Origin: Oligoflexales bacterium
GTDB taxonomy: Bacteria > Bdellovibrionota_B > Oligoflexia > Oligoflexales > RGVZ01
Direction: 5' to 3'
Length of the DNA stretch: 64,000 bases
Assembly (NCBI GenBank): GCA_947494335.1
Contig: CANLUT010000003.1
Coordinates: 22,682 to 86,681 of the forward strand
Shown: piece after piece, positions 15,592 to 28,134 of the stretch
Position numbering within the stretch: the stretch's first letter is position 1
How the letters are laid out: every line of letters begins with the position of its first letter
Program-made: the position numbers and the translations under genes
The notes under the pieces: generated by a model
Told to the model about the DNA's origin: nothing
Seen by the model: the letters and a program-made list of their open reading frames with translations, nothing else
Databases searched by the model: none

Positions 15592-17877
15592 TTATTTTTG
15601 ATTTTGAACGTACCGGTTGGCAATCATGTAGATCATATTGCACAGATCTTCTGTGTTTGTTCCGCGCTCCATGACAGATGCTGGAAGTTGTGGTCCAAGC
15701 AACACGGGTCCAATTCCTGTGCTACCCGAGATTGCAGAGAATAGCTTATAAGCAATGTTTGCGCTGGTTAGATCCGGGAAAATCAAAACGTTAGCCTGTC
15801 CTTTGAGTTGGCAGAATGGAAAGTCCCGCTCCTGAAGTTTTTCGTTAAGTGCTACGTCCGCCTGAATCTCTCCGTCAAAAATAAAGTCGACGTTACGCTC
15901 ATGAAGAATTTTTACCGCATCCGCAACACGCTGACATTTTTCGTGGCGATTGCTACCAAAGCTTGAAAAGCTCAGCATGGCCACGCGGATTGTGGCATCG
16001 GTATACTGTTTCGCAAAGTTAGCAGTATTGAATGCAATATCAGCCAATTCTTCTGCTGATGGCTCCACACAGACTGTGCAGTCTGACAGAAAGTACATTC
16101 TTTTATTCCAAGAAAACATGTAAAGACCGTTCATGATACGGCCTGGTTTTGTCCGAATAACTTCCATAATTGGGGCAAGGCCATCGACGTAGGGCTCAAC
16201 GACGCCGCCAATGAGTCCCTCGACAGCCCCGCTCCGAAGCAGCATACAGCCAAAGTAGTTGTTGTTTCTCAGCATTTGCTGCGCTGCGGAACGAGTGACG
16301 CCTTTACGTTGTCTCAATGAGTAAATTTCATCAGAAAACGCATCGAGACGATCATCGCTGTGGGGGTCAATGATCGTCGCCTTTTTAGCGAAATCGTGGA
16401 TACCGAGAGTTTCGGCCTTTGCGACAATTTCATCAGGGTTACCCAGCAGCACTGGCGTGACGTCACCCTCGTAGTCCATCTGAGCAGCTGCTTTGATCAC
16501 GCGGTCATCGTGCCCATGGATCAGGACGATGCGCGGTTTCTTTCCTGATTTTCGCGACCAGCTTGCAATGTTGTTACGCATCTTGCGGATAAGTCGCTTG
16601 GTTGGTCCGAGGATTCGTTCGATGTGCTGAGTGTACTGGTCAATGTTGACCTCTTTGCGCGCTACGCCCGATTTCATGGCTGCCTCAGCCACAGCAGGGG
16701 CTACATAGAGCAACACGCGCGGATCCATAGGTTTTGGAATCAAGTAGTCTTTTCCAAAGCGGTACCCCTCGGCTGTGTTGTACGCACGTAAGACCTGCTC
16801 AGGAACGTCCTCTTTGGCAAGTTGCGCGATCGCGCGCACGGCGGCCATCTTCATTTCCTCGTTAATGGTCGTCGCCTGAACGTCTAGGGCCCCGCGGAAG
16901 ATGAATGGGAAGCCCAAGACATTGTTAACTTGATTCGGAAAATCGCTGCGACCAGTCGCCATGATGCAGTCAGGCCGCGCTTTCAGGGCATCATCTGGAA
17001 GAATTTCGGGATCAGGATTTGCTAATGCAAAAATAATCGGATTCGGTGCCATAGGCATAATCATCGAAGGCTTTAAAACACCGGCGGCGGAAACACCAAC
17101 GAAAGCGTCAGCTCCTTTTAGCGCCTCGTCAAGGGTGCGGAGGCTTGTCTCTAAAGCAAATTTTTCTTTGTATTTGTTCATCCCATCTCTGCGACCTGCG
17201 TAAATAACGCCTTTACTGTCGCACATGATGAGATTTTCCCTGCGGACGCCCAAGGAGAGAAACAAATTAGCGCAAGCCACTGCGGCAGCACCGCCGCCGC
17301 TGAATACGACTTTGACGTCGCTAATTTTTCGCCCCGTGATTTCCAGCGCATTCAGAAATGCTGCGCCAGCAATAATGGATGTACCGTGCTGGTCGTCATG
17401 GAATACGGGGATCTTCATGCGCTTGCGAAGCTCTTCTTCGATGTAGAAGCACTCGGGAGCCTTGATGTCTTCGAGGTTGATGCCACCGAAGGTCGGCTCT
17501 AAAGCTTGCACTGCTGTAATGAATGCATCGGGATCTTTGGCATTAACTTCGATATCAAAGACGTCAATATCGGCAAATTTTTTAAATAAAACAGCTTTAC
17601 CTTCCATGACAGGTTTTGAGGCCTCTGGGCCGATATCGCCGAGACCAAGGACTGCTGTTCCGTTGGAAATGACGCCAACCAGATTTGCACGGCCTGTGTA
17701 CTCGAACGAAAGCGCCGCGTTTTTTGCGATTTCGCGGCAAGGGCCTGCAACTCCTGGTGAGTAAGCAATAGCCAAATCCTTTTGGCTTGAAACAGGCTTT
17801 GAGAGGCCTGTGAAGATTTTTCCTCGAGGTTCCCGGGCGTGGTATTCAAGTGCGAGTTTTTCATAGTCAGTGCTCAC
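15592..17877 (-). CDS. maeB: NADP-dependent malic enzyme with C-terminal phosphate-acetyltransferase-like domain
   Basis: 761 aa. The N-terminal malic enzyme region ([27 protein letters not shown]) plus a PTA-like C-terminal half is the MaeB architecture. GTG start. Confidence 0.9.
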   Translation of the reverse strand: MSTDYEKLALEYHAREPRGKIFTGLSKPVSSQKDLAIAYSPGVAGPCREIAKNAALSFEYTGRANLVGVISNGTAVLGLGDIGPEASKPVMEGKAVLFKKFADIDVFDIEVNAKDPDAFITAVQALEPTFGGINLEDIKAPECFYIEEELRKRMKIPVFHDDQHGTSIIAGAAFLNALEITGRKISDVKVVFSGGGAAAVACANLFLSLGVRRENLIMCDSKGVIYAGRRDGMNKYKEKFALETSLRTLDEALKGADAFVGVSAAGVLKPSMIMPMAPNPIIFALANPDPEILPDDALKARPDCIMATGRSDFPNQVNNVLGFPFIFRGALDVQATTINEEMKMAAVRAIAQLAKEDVPEQVLRAYNTAEGYRFGKDYLIPKPMDPRVLLYVAPAVAEAAMKSGVARKEVNIDQYTQHIERILGPTKRLIRKMRNNIASWSRKSGKKPRIVLIHGHDDRVIKAAAQMDYEGDVTPVLLGNPDEIVAKAETLGIHDFAKKATIIDPHSDDRLDAFSDEIYSLRQRKGVTRSAAQQMLRNNNYFGCMLLRSGAVEGLIGGVVEPYVDGLAPIMEVIRTKPGRIMNGLYMFSWNKRMYFLSDCTVCVEPSAEELADIAFNTANFAKQYTDATIRVAMLSFSSFGSNRHEKCQRVADAVKILHERNVDFIFDGEIQADVALNEKLQERDFPFCQLKGQANVLIFPDLTSANIAYKLFSAISGSTGIGPVLLGPQLPASVMERGTNTEDLCNMIYMIANRYVQNQK

Positions 17878-18090
17878 GGGTCACCTCAGCAATATCAATA
17901 ATCATCAATGGGAGTCTTAAGAGGATTGATTTTATTGCAAAAGACCGCCTTGGGCAAGCCGGGCCGCCCTATAAAGCTATAGGGTCTAACGTACGGTATT
18001 TATTTTGACTTACATCCCCTGCAAAGGCATTCTACAACGATGGCTTGAGTATAAATAAAGCAGCCACGACCATGGCTTGGAAGGTGCCTT

Positions 18091-19146
18091 TTGACTCCTG
18101 TGTCCGCAGATAAAAGTCAGTCTTTGGGAAAGGTTTTAGTTACCGGTGGGGCGGGCTACATCGGTGCAACCGTTTGCTCAGCATTATTGGATGCTGGTTG
18201 GACGCCGATCATTCTCGATAATCTTTGTCAGGGTCGTAAAGAATTCACTGAAGGTCGCATTTTTTACCAAGGCGACATCGCCGATAGATCTCTTTTAAAA
18301 AACATAATTCAAAAACATGGACCATTGTTTGGAGCGATTCACTGTGCAGCGCTTATTGTAGTGCCTGAAAGCGTCACATCTCCAGAAGAGTATTACCGTG
18401 AAAATGTATCTAAATCCGTAGATTTGTTTGCAGGTCTACGTGACGTTGGGTGCAAAAGAATCGTCTTTAGTTCGTCTGCGGCAATCTATGACGTCGTAGA
18501 TGGTTTCATGGTGACAGAGACATCTCCGCTAAGACCTTCCAGTCCCTATGCACGCACAAAGTTTATGATGGAGATGGTGCTTCGTGATTTTTGTCAAGCT
18601 TACGGCATGAGGGGCATTGCTTTACGCTACTTCAATCCGATTGGTGCGGATCCGAAGATGAGAACCGGTGCCTATGTCAAGTCACCAACCCATGTTTTGG
18701 GGCGTATGGTTAGCGTATCTTTAGGCAAGGAACCGACTTTCGAAATTACGGGGACTAATTGGCCGACTAGGGACGGTAGCGGTATCAGGGATTATATTCA
18801 TGTGTGGGATTTAGCACAGGCTCATGTAAAGGCCATTGAAAATTTTGATCAGGCCTTTTCCAAAAACTCTGATCAAGCATCTAAAAAAGACTCTTATTTG
18901 GCCATGAACTTAGGCACTGGACGTGGCGTGACCGTACGAGAGTTGGTGGGCGCATTTGAAAAAGTGAATGGTTGTCCGATTAACAAGAAAGAAGCTGGGC
19001 CAAGACCTGGAGACGTGGCAGGAAGTTTTGCTAGCTGTGCGCTCGCAGAGAGTCATATTGGTTGGAGGTCTGAGCTGTCCATTGAACAGGGAATTAGTGA
19101 TGCCCTTAAGTGGGCTATAACTTGGGATGAGCGCTGCCGGCGCTAA
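18091..19146 (+). CDS. galE: UDP-glucose 4-epimerase
   Basis: VLVTGGAGYIG Rossmann motif, SSSAAIYD, and YARTK (YxxxK catalytic motif). TTG start with a GGAAGG SD. Confidence 0.85.
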   Translation: MTPVSADKSQSLGKVLVTGGAGYIGATVCSALLDAGWTPIILDNLCQGRKEFTEGRIFYQGDIADRSLLKNIIQKHGPLFGAIHCAALIVVPESVTSPEEYYRENVSKSVDLFAGLRDVGCKRIVFSSSAAIYDVVDGFMVTETSPLRPSSPYARTKFMMEMVLRDFCQAYGMRGIALRYFNPIGADPKMRTGAYVKSPTHVLGRMVSVSLGKEPTFEITGTNWPTRDGSGIRDYIHVWDLAQAHVKAIENFDQAFSKNSDQASKKDSYLAMNLGTGRGVTVRELVGAFEKVNGCPINKKEAGPRPGDVAGSFASCALAESHIGWRSELSIEQGISDALKWAITWDERCRR

Positions 19147-19185
19147 CACTATTGAGCATTGTAGATTTTCGACTGAGGTTTTAAT

Positions 19186-20627
<1,442 letters not shown>

Positions 20628-20646
20628 AATTAGCGAGAGTGGGTAC

Positions 20647-21486
20647 ATGGCGTCTTTTGTGGTTTTGAAAGAGCATCGTTGCTTCGATGGATGGGTTCGA
20701 TTTGCCGAACACGACTCTCATCAAACTAAAACAAAGATGAAGTTTTCGTATTTCATCCCAGACGGTGAAATCCGCGGCGCCATCATTTGGCTGTCTGGTC
20801 TTACCTGTACCGACGAAAACTTTATGACGAAAGCTGGGGCGCAAAGCTTTTTATCCAGGGCGGGGGCAATCGTGATTTGTCCCGACACCTCTCCACGAGG
20901 GCTTGGTTTACCTGGAGAGCATGATCATTGGGACTTTGGAGTTGGCGCAGGATTTTACGTTGATGCGGTCACAGCTGGGTATTCTGACCACTACCGCATG
21001 TACAGTTATGTTGCCAAAGAACTTTATGATTTGGTCGTAAATGAATTTTCAGTAGCCGAAAACATTTCCATCATGGGCCACTCGATGGGCGGGCACGGTG
21101 CACTCGTAGTGGGTCTGCGTGAGGCGTCAAAATTTAAATCTATTTCGGCTTTTGCTCCCATTGTGAATCCCGTGAATTGCCCATGGGGTGAGAAAGCATT
21201 TAGGGGATACTTTGGATCCGAGGCTGGGAGTTTGGGTCGTCAATACGATGCTTGTGAGCTGATAAAATCAGGACATCGGCATCAACATCCACTACTGATC
21301 GATCAAGGTGTCTCTGATCAGTTTCTCGAAGCTCAACTACGCCCCGAAAGATTGGTTCAGGCTGCACAAGGAACCCAGCAGAAGGTGATTTTAAATTTGA
21401 GGCAAGGCTATGATCATAGCTATTACTTCATCGCCTCATTTGTTGAAGAGCACATTAAATTTCATTCGTCGCACTGGACTCGCTAA
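20647..21486 (+). CDS. frmB: S-formylglutathione hydrolase (esterase D family)
   Basis: Start moved to ATG 20647 (MASFVVLKEHRCFDG...). GHSMGGHGA nucleophile motif and YDHSYYFI near the C-terminus. Immediately downstream of frmA. Confidence 0.88.
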   Translation: MASFVVLKEHRCFDGWVRFAEHDSHQTKTKMKFSYFIPDGEIRGAIIWLSGLTCTDENFMTKAGAQSFLSRAGAIVICPDTSPRGLGLPGEHDHWDFGVGAGFYVDAVTAGYSDHYRMYSYVAKELYDLVVNEFSVAENISIMGHSMGGHGALVVGLREASKFKSISAFAPIVNPVNCPWGEKAFRGYFGSEAGSLGRQYDACELIKSGHRHQHPLLIDQGVSDQFLEAQLRPERLVQAAQGTQQKVILNLRQGYDHSYYFIASFVEEHIKFHSSHWTR

Positions 21487-21528
21487 GTCGATTGCCCACG
21501 TCAAAAAAATCACATGCCAAATTTAAAA

Positions 21529-22596
21529 CTACTGATTTGTGCTTGCTGATCTACGTAAAAAATAAGGCCAGACCCGAGCGCACGCTAAAAACATTGCAAC
21601 GATGACTGGGCCAAGTAACACACCCAAAAGACCGAAGAACTCGACTCCACCAAGAATTGCAACCAAGCTGATCAGAGGGTGCATATCGCTTCCGCCTTTA
21701 AGCACAAGCGGTCTGATAAAATTATCGATTAATCCAGTGATGACGCTTGCAACTAAAATAATTGCCAACGACCACCAGGCCTTCTGAATGACGGCCCAGA
21801 TGGCGGCGAGTATAAACACGGGTGCTGATCCTAAAACAGGAATCCAGGCAAATACGAATGTGGCACCCGTAGCCAATGCAGCCCCGGGTATTCCAAGCAT
21901 CAAGAATGTTAGAACAACGACGGCCGCCTGCGCTAGAGCAGCCGCTAGACTTGCCATCAATGTAGACCGCGTTGCATCTCTGAAAGACTTGGCTATTTCA
22001 CTTTGAATACTCTCGGACATCGGGAGAATTTTCTTAAGCCAACCCAAAAAGCTCGGGCCATCAACCAGGAAGAAATAGCAACTTAAAATTCCCATGATCA
22101 GTTGCAGGATTAGTGCCGGAGTATCACCAGCAATCCGGATCACCGTGCTACTGGTCCAATCAAGGATCATCTTGATCGCTAAAATGGCGTTATCTTCAAG
22201 ATCTAATCCCTCAAACCATGGGAGATATGTGCGAGCAGTTCCTTCTAAAGTTACTTGCCAGTGGGACCACCAATCTTTAAACAGAGCGTGCGATGCTTCA
22301 CTGGAGAGGTAGTTTGTAAACGTGGTGGCGTCTCGCAGGGCGACTCCAGCCAAAACGAGCATCGGGACAATAACTAAGATGGCCATGGAAAGCGTTGCAA
22401 CCGCAGCGGCTACATAGCGGGGCATACGTCTTAACAAAACTCGAAACCATGGATTAAGAATCAATGCCATCATTCCGCCAGCAATAAGCGCGACGATGAA
22501 AGGCTTTGCGATTAAAACAATCATGAACAAGAAAAAGGCCGTAACGGCCATGAAGATCCAAAGTCCAATTCGAGGGTCGACTTTTTCGCGTGACAT
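21529..22596 (-). CDS. AI-2E family transporter (PerM/YhhT-like, UPF0118)
   Basis: About 8 TM helices and a conserved C-terminal GL.DNFIRPLV..G......PL..L.A.LGG..FFG..G...GP pattern. ATG 22596 with a GGAGA SD. Confidence 0.8.
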   Translation of the reverse strand: MSREKVDPRIGLWIFMAVTAFFLFMIVLIAKPFIVALIAGGMMALILNPWFRVLLRRMPRYVAAAVATLSMAILVIVPMLVLAGVALRDATTFTNYLSSEASHALFKDWWSHWQVTLEGTARTYLPWFEGLDLEDNAILAIKMILDWTSSTVIRIAGDTPALILQLIMGILSCYFFLVDGPSFLGWLKKILPMSESIQSEIAKSFRDATRSTLMASLAAALAQAAVVVLTFLMLGIPGAALATGATFVFAWIPVLGSAPVFILAAIWAVIQKAWWSLAIILVASVITGLIDNFIRPLVLKGGSDMHPLISLVAILGGVEFFGLLGVLLGPVIVAMFLACARVWPYFLRRSASTNQ

Positions 22597-22608
22597 CAAA
22601 TGTCTCCA

Positions 22609-23997
22609 TCAACTTGTTGAGGCTGAGTCAACTTCCTGCCAGGACGCTTTAACGATCTGATTGAGTTCCTGCTGTAGATTGTGTTCAGCGGGGCCGAGGG
22701 CTGTGACGCAAAGGCCTTTAAGAGTGAACAGATTCAAAGCAGTCTCTTTTAAGTTCTCAGCCGTCAACGCAGAGTATCGTTTTGCCCAAACAGAAAGTTT
22801 TGCTTCAGTGCCGGAAATTTTAGCCCAGCTTCCGCGCCACGCCAATGCCGCCGGCTCAGACGTTGTGATATCAAGATCGACAAGTGCCCGGTGCTTATGC
22901 CGCAGTAGCTCCGTACTGGGGATCTGGGTTTTGGTCAGAGATTTGACAACGGAGAACACTTCTTTAAAGAAGGGACGGATATTCTCGCCTAATACACTGG
23001 CGCTGATGTTAAATAGGCCGCTGCCATCATATTGATGGACATCCGAGCTAATGTCGTAGACTAGTCCCAACTCCTCTCTAATGCGTTTGGTTAGTCGGCT
23101 ACTAAATCCGTCTGACAATACCCGCGATAACATTTCGTAAGCGGCGGTGTTGCTACTTCCCGTGCCATCACAAACAAAGCTAATTTGAATCTGATATTCG
23201 TTGTCGCTATTTTCTACCCAAAAAGCACAAGGTCCTTTGAAGCCAGTTTTTTGTGTTGGAGGCTGCTTCACATGTTTTTGAGGCTTCCAGACTCCGAAGT
23301 TGTTATCCAGTAAATTTTGGATGGTCTCATAATTGCCGCCAACGCAACAGATCACGGCATTATTAGGAGCGTACCAACGATTAAACCAATCTCGCAAATT
23401 TTCGGACGCTATCTTTCCCAAGGTTTCCGGGGTGCCAATGATCGGCATGGCCATAGAGGTGTTAGGCCAAATTTTAGTGGCAATATGAAAATCTGGATCA
23501 GTGCTGATTCCATTTTCATTTAGTTCGCCTTCAAGCTCTCTGAGTACGATTCGGCGCTCTGTGTCCAGGTCTGAGAGGGCAGGTCTAAGGATAAAGTCGG
23601 CAAAAAGCTCAATAGCTTCATCCATACGGGCAGTAGTACCGTTAACGTAGAACTCCGTATACTCATGTCCTGTAGCAGCATTCCACTCCCCTCCAAGGCT
23701 CTCAAATGCCGCACTAAGGTCAGAGAAAGATGGATACTTTGATGAGCCTCGAAATAGCATGTGTTCTAGTAGGTGGCTGATACCAGAAAGTTCAGCAGGC
23801 TCGTGGCGGCTGCCTGTGCCAATGAGAAGGGTCATTTGAAAGCGGGGGTCGTCCTTTGGCAGGGGTATGTGTAGACAGCGCAGACCATTGTCCATGACCC
23901 ACTCGTTCCAGTTGGTCTCTGTTTTTTCGAGGTGAGTTAATTGCAGTTGCGCCTGTTGTTGCTGCAGCAATGTTTCGTCTCCGGGTACTAAACTCAA
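22609..23997 (-). CDS. M16-family zinc peptidase (insulinase-like)
   Basis: HLLEHMLF (HxxEH inverted zincin motif) near the N-terminus. 462 aa. The TTG start overlaps the ispB stop (TTGA). Confidence 0.8.
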   Translation of the reverse strand: MSLVPGDETLLQQQQAQLQLTHLEKTETNWNEWVMDNGLRCLHIPLPKDDPRFQMTLLIGTGSRHEPAELSGISHLLEHMLFRGSSKYPSFSDLSAAFESLGGEWNAATGHEYTEFYVNGTTARMDEAIELFADFILRPALSDLDTERRIVLRELEGELNENGISTDPDFHIATKIWPNTSMAMPIIGTPETLGKIASENLRDWFNRWYAPNNAVICCVGGNYETIQNLLDNNFGVWKPQKHVKQPPTQKTGFKGPCAFWVENSDNEYQIQISFVCDGTGSSNTAAYEMLSRVLSDGFSSRLTKRIREELGLVYDISSDVHQYDGSGLFNISASVLGENIRPFFKEVFSVVKSLTKTQIPSTELLRHKHRALVDLDITTSEPAALAWRGSWAKISGTEAKLSVWAKRYSALTAENLKETALNLFTLKGLCVTALGPAEHNLQQELNQIVKASWQEVDSASTS

Positions 23998-25094
23998 GAA
24001 AAGCGCATCAGTAATCGGCGCGCGAGAACTTCCATGTCAGTCCGAGCTGGTGATGGAGGGAAAAAGTGTAGGGCTTTTAACGCTCGCTCTGTCCACTGCT
24101 CCGCCAGCTCAAGAGTTTTGCCAGCTGTGTCATAGCGATTGACGAGATCGAGTACCTTCAACATCGAGGCTGGGGAAATCTCTTCAGAGTGGATCAATGA
24201 TTCGACCTGAGCCCACTCACTTTCCGTCGCGAGCGATCGAAGGAGAATAATTGGCAGTGTCACCTTGCCCTCTGGTAAATCAGATAGTGTTTTTTTGCCA
24301 AAAATTGTCTCTGAACCCGCATAGTCTAAAGCATCATCTAGAAGCTGAAATGCGTAACCCACGCATCGACCGAATTCCGAAAGTGCGTCCCGTATTTCTT
24401 GGGTTTTATCTCCAAGTACTGCGGGAGCTCGACAAGCGGCTGCTAGAAGGACGGCCGTCTTGTGCTCAATAATTCTGAAATAGGCATCCTCAGGCATCAC
24501 AGGATTATAGAGGTGCTCTAGCTGCAGCAATTCACCATCACTCATGAGCCGGATGGCCTTGGCAAACATCGACACTATTTCCAGGCTTCCTGTCTCTGCC
24601 ATGAGTTCACTGGCACGAGCATAGATTAAATCACCGACCAACACAGCAGATTCATCTCCCCAAATTGAGTTGGGAGTTGGTTTGCCTCGGCGAAGGGTGC
24701 TGTTATCAATCACATCGTCATGAAGAAGGCTTGCGGTATGGACATATTCACACACTGCTGCGATGGGCATCAGGTGCGGTCCCTTGTACTCCACGAGTCG
24801 ACTGGCAAAAAAATAAAGTGCCGGGCGGATTCTTTTACCGCTACCGGCAAAGACATAATCGATAATGTGTTTACTCGACGCGGTGTTAGCTTTTAGAAGG
24901 CCATTAAGTTCTGGTGCCAGATTGACCAAACTTGATGAAACGGGGACAAGTGCCTCGTCGATGAGTTTTCTGGGTTCCAGGTTTGCCAGATCAAAGCCGA
25001 GAGCTGGGTAATCCAACCCCACGGTCTTGGAGATGTGGCATTGTGTCGTCGTATGTTCGTTCACTGTAGACGGCTCTCCTGGACGGGACTTCAT
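23994..25094 (-). CDS. ispB: long-chain polyprenyl diphosphate synthase
   Basis: LLHDDVIDNSTLRRG (first DDxxD) and FQLLDDALDY (second DDxxD), with an overall trans-IPPS layout. Confidence 0.88.
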   Translation of the reverse strand: MKSRPGEPSTVNEHTTTQCHISKTVGLDYPALGFDLANLEPRKLIDEALVPVSSSLVNLAPELNGLLKANTASSKHIIDYVFAGSGKRIRPALYFFASRLVEYKGPHLMPIAAVCEYVHTASLLHDDVIDNSTLRRGKPTPNSIWGDESAVLVGDLIYARASELMAETGSLEIVSMFAKAIRLMSDGELLQLEHLYNPVMPEDAYFRIIEHKTAVLLAAACRAPAVLGDKTQEIRDALSEFGRCVGYAFQLLDDALDYAGSETIFGKKTLSDLPEGKVTLPIILLRSLATESEWAQVESLIHSEEISPASMLKVLDLVNRYDTAGKTLELAEQWTERALKALHFFPPSPARTDMEVLARRLLMRFS

Positions 25095-25232
25095 CGAAGT
25101 CCGGGTTATAACTCGAAGTCCTAATCCAAGGGAATCATTAAATCATCCGCGCACTAGCCTCTGATTAAAAAAGTTGCAATTTAGCACTGCCTTTGGTAAA
25201 ACCCCGCTCCATTTCCATATTCAGGGGGCCCC

Positions 25233-26651
25233 ATGACCGCTCGTTTATCAGAAGACGCCGTCATTCATTCATTAGACACTGGGTGGCAGTCTCTGGTCTG
25301 GAGGAGCCATTTTCCCATGAAATCAGGCGGTTTACTGCCTGCGGTGAACTTTAAAGCTATCCTTGATGCTAAAGATCCAGTGGCCGCGGCCCAGGCGGTG
25401 CCGCGTCAAGACATGTATTTAGCTTTGGTTTCTGAAGGACCTGAGGATGCGCTTGAGGTTTTACCGCTTCTTTCCAGTGAGCAGTTTGTTGCGATCATTG
25501 ATCATGAAGCTTGGCAGGATGGACGTTTATCAGTGTACCAGGCTATCCGCTGGCTGGATCTCTATAAAAACTTAGGTCCAGAACAATTGTACCGACGATT
25601 TAGGGAGCTCGATGAAGAGTACCAAGTTGCTCTGCTAAATCCTTTCATTGAAATGGTGGATGAGGAAGCCTTTGAAACCTTGGCCCAAGAGGAACAAGAC
25701 AAATTTACGGCCATGCCCTGCAATACCCTGTGGTGGCGAGTAAAAGATGGCGATGAAAAGGTTCAAGAATTTGTACATAGTATGATTAGTGCTTCAATCG
25801 GTGAAGATGCAGCATACGTATACTCTCTGTTAGGGATGGCCGCCATGTTGCCTCCTAACGAACAAGAAGCCCTTATTAAGCAGTTCCGCGATGCGAGACT
25901 TGAAGAGGATGGCTTTGTCACGAAGGAAGAGAGCTTGAGCCTTTTCAGTCGTTATGATGGAGAGCCTTTATACAGGCGATGGGCGTCTAACGCAGACCAA
26001 GATCAAAATAAAATGGTTTCCACGTCCGATTCCCCTGCATTGTTCCTTGATTTAGTTTTGGCCGCAGCCTCGACCTCTGGTCAGGTTGATGCTGTCGCAG
26101 TGGAAAATCTACAGCGAAGCTTTGCTTACCTTGCAAACTCAGTTTCTTCTGCGTGCAATGTGGCTCCTGATGACGTCAATGGATTGTCTAGTTTGCTTCA
26201 GCAAGTTAGATTTTTGGTGAGCTATGGCCTTGAAGTTTTAGCTGACGGTGACACGGCCAAAGGTGTTGAGATCTTGTTCTCGGAATATCCAAAAACTATT
26301 TTCCAATTTGCGCTTTCCACGGTCGACGCCATCAGGTCAGAGGTGATTAGTCGTCTGCAAGCAGTTAATCATCAGACGGCTCAGAGGCTTGATTTGTTTT
26401 GGAAGTCGGGGAAATATGGGGCTGCATTATGGCTCATAGATCGTGAGTTTTTGGATGTTCTCGGCTTCGAAGCATGCGAGATGGTTAAAGGACTGTTTAA
26501 TCGCTTCCCTATGGTCCAAGATGAAATCATTGAGCTTGACCATATCAAGCGAGCCAAATTTAGACCAATTGCAACGCGCCAGGACTTTTCAACTCTTTTA
26601 ACAAGTGTGAGAAAGATTATGGGTGTTGATGGTAAGGAGGTGTTGCAATGA
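25233..26651 (+). CDS. conserved hypothetical acidic helical protein
   Basis: 472 aa with an AGGGGG SD, no signal peptide and no motif I can assign. The stop overlaps the next start (ATGA). Confidence 0.6.
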   Translation: MTARLSEDAVIHSLDTGWQSLVWRSHFPMKSGGLLPAVNFKAILDAKDPVAAAQAVPRQDMYLALVSEGPEDALEVLPLLSSEQFVAIIDHEAWQDGRLSVYQAIRWLDLYKNLGPEQLYRRFRELDEEYQVALLNPFIEMVDEEAFETLAQEEQDKFTAMPCNTLWWRVKDGDEKVQEFVHSMISASIGEDAAYVYSLLGMAAMLPPNEQEALIKQFRDARLEEDGFVTKEESLSLFSRYDGEPLYRRWASNADQDQNKMVSTSDSPALFLDLVLAAASTSGQVDAVAVENLQRSFAYLANSVSSACNVAPDDVNGLSSLLQQVRFLVSYGLEVLADGDTAKGVEILFSEYPKTIFQFALSTVDAIRSEVISRLQAVNHQTAQRLDLFWKSGKYGAALWLIDREFLDVLGFEACEMVKGLFNRFPMVQDEIIELDHIKRAKFRPIATRQDFSTLLTSVRKIMGVDGKEVLQ

Positions 26652-27082
26652 ATATGGCAGTTGAACATTCAAAAGTAATGGGAACAGAGCAAAAGAAAAC
26701 TTTGGCAGAAATGTTGGAGCGGAAATATGGTAGTTGGTTGGGCAAACGATATTTTGAAGTCGAAGGTCACGTCGATGGACCAGCGTTAAATTTGAAAGTG
26801 ACTCTTAAGACAGCCGACCGTTCGTTTGTTTATCCTATTGAAGCGCGCATGCTTTATGCTGATCAGGATATGAAAATGGATCAGGCTAGAGATTTCTTGT
26901 TGGATTTCATTGATGCCTACCTTCAAGAGTATCTGTCTGGTGGTGAAGAAACATATTTGACCATCGATTGGTCTAACTACGATTGTGATGGTATTGAGCT
27001 TCAAATGCGTGGCCAAATTTTGAACGAAAAACTCGAAGAATTAGCAGATCAGTGGATGAATGGTTCATCGACTCTTAACTAA
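26648..27082 (+). CDS. hypothetical acidic protein, translationally coupled to 25233-26651
   Basis: 144 aa with an AAGGAGG SD inside the upstream gene and an ATGA overlap. A strong terminator follows. Confidence 0.6.
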   Translation: MNMAVEHSKVMGTEQKKTLAEMLERKYGSWLGKRYFEVEGHVDGPALNLKVTLKTADRSFVYPIEARMLYADQDMKMDQARDFLLDFIDAYLQEYLSGGEETYLTIDWSNYDCDGIELQMRGQILNEKLEELADQWMNGSSTLN

Positions 27083-27111
27083 CTTGGCTAGCCTTTTGTC
27101 TTAGAGATGAA

Positions 27112-27139
27112 AAAGCCTGCGCGTGATCGCGCAGGCTTT
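27112..27139. terminator. bidirectional intrinsic terminator
   Basis: aaagcctgcgcg-tgat-cgcgcaggcttt forms a perfect 12-bp stem, flanked by an A-run and a T-run. It lies between the stops at 27082 (+) and 27152 (-). Confidence 0.9.
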
Positions 27140-27151
27140 CATTTTTTAGAA

Positions 27152-28114
27152 TTAAGCTGCGTTGATTACGGAAGCCACAACATCGGCTCCCGTGTGGACT
27201 CGCACCTGGTTTCTACCGTTTTGCTTGGACTGGTACAGCGCAGTATCCGCTCGCGCAATAGCATCCTTGCCGTGCTCTTGCCCTACAATCAGCTGAGCCA
27301 CGCCAAGAGACATGGTCACAGGAATGATTGTTCCTTGAAAATCAAAAACCTGAGACTCGATCGCTTGGCGAACCTTCTCTGCTGCAATACGAGCTCCCGC
27401 ATGATCACTAGCTGGCAGGATTACTAAAAATTCTTCTCCACCGTATCTGCAAACGACATCCGTCTTGCGGAAGGTCTTTTGGAAAATTCCGGCGACTGTT
27501 TTTATGACAAAATCACCAGCAGGGTGACCGTATTTATCGTTGATCTTTTTGAAGTGGTCAATATCGCCCATGATCACTGAGAGGTTGCGATGGTCATTAC
27601 CAACGGGCAGGCTTATAATGCGCTTTTCCTCCACGTTCATGTACTCTTCAAAGTGAGCGCGATTAAATAGTCCAGTCAATGGATCGGTAATCGATTTTGA
27701 AGCTTTGTCTTTATATTTGCCTTGAAGCTGCGTCTCTGCCGTTACGTCTCGAAGTAGTATGAATGCGCCAATGACCCGCCCGTCCAACAGGAAGGGAAAA
27801 TATCCGATGGTAAGATTCAAGTCCGTCCCCTGATTAGTTGTACCAATCAAGTCGTCAATCCTAGTGGGGACTGTATTTTGCAAAATTTCTGCCGCCGTAA
27901 TTGGCTTCTCCATAATGGACAGCGATAAAGCGCTGTTGAAAGAATCAATTTTCAAAAGCTGCTTTGAGGTAATTCCTGTGACCAGTGCGGCAGCTGGATT
28001 TGACTTCAAGATTTTTCCCTGAGCATTCACAACGAGGTATGCGTCGAGCATGGCCTTGCAAAACTGCTCAAATGGCTTGAATGCCTCTAAGACTTGTTCA
28101 TTTGTCGCCGTCAT
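27152..28114 (-). CDS. PAS-domain diguanylate cyclase (GGDEF)
   Basis: DPLTGLFNR, RYGGEEFLVILP (GGEEF active site) and RADTALYQSKQNGRN, with a PAS-like N-terminal half. ATG 28114 is preferred (GGGAG SD); the ORF track starts at 28129. Confidence 0.88.
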   Translation of the reverse strand: MTATNEQVLEAFKPFEQFCKAMLDAYLVVNAQGKILKSNPAAALVTGITSKQLLKIDSFNSALSLSIMEKPITAAEILQNTVPTRIDDLIGTTNQGTDLNLTIGYFPFLLDGRVIGAFILLRDVTAETQLQGKYKDKASKSITDPLTGLFNRAHFEEYMNVEEKRIISLPVGNDHRNLSVIMGDIDHFKKINDKYGHPAGDFVIKTVAGIFQKTFRKTDVVCRYGGEEFLVILPASDHAGARIAAEKVRQAIESQVFDFQGTIIPVTMSLGVAQLIVGQEHGKDAIARADTALYQSKQNGRNQVRVHTGADVVASVINAA

Positions 28115-28134
28115 CTCTGCTCCCAACATTCTTA

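Noticed and set aside
27107-27427. A 106-aa plus-strand ORF overlapping the terminator and the 3' end of the GGDEF gene.
   Set aside because: It begins inside the 27112-27139 terminator hairpin and runs antisense to a well-supported GGDEF domain.
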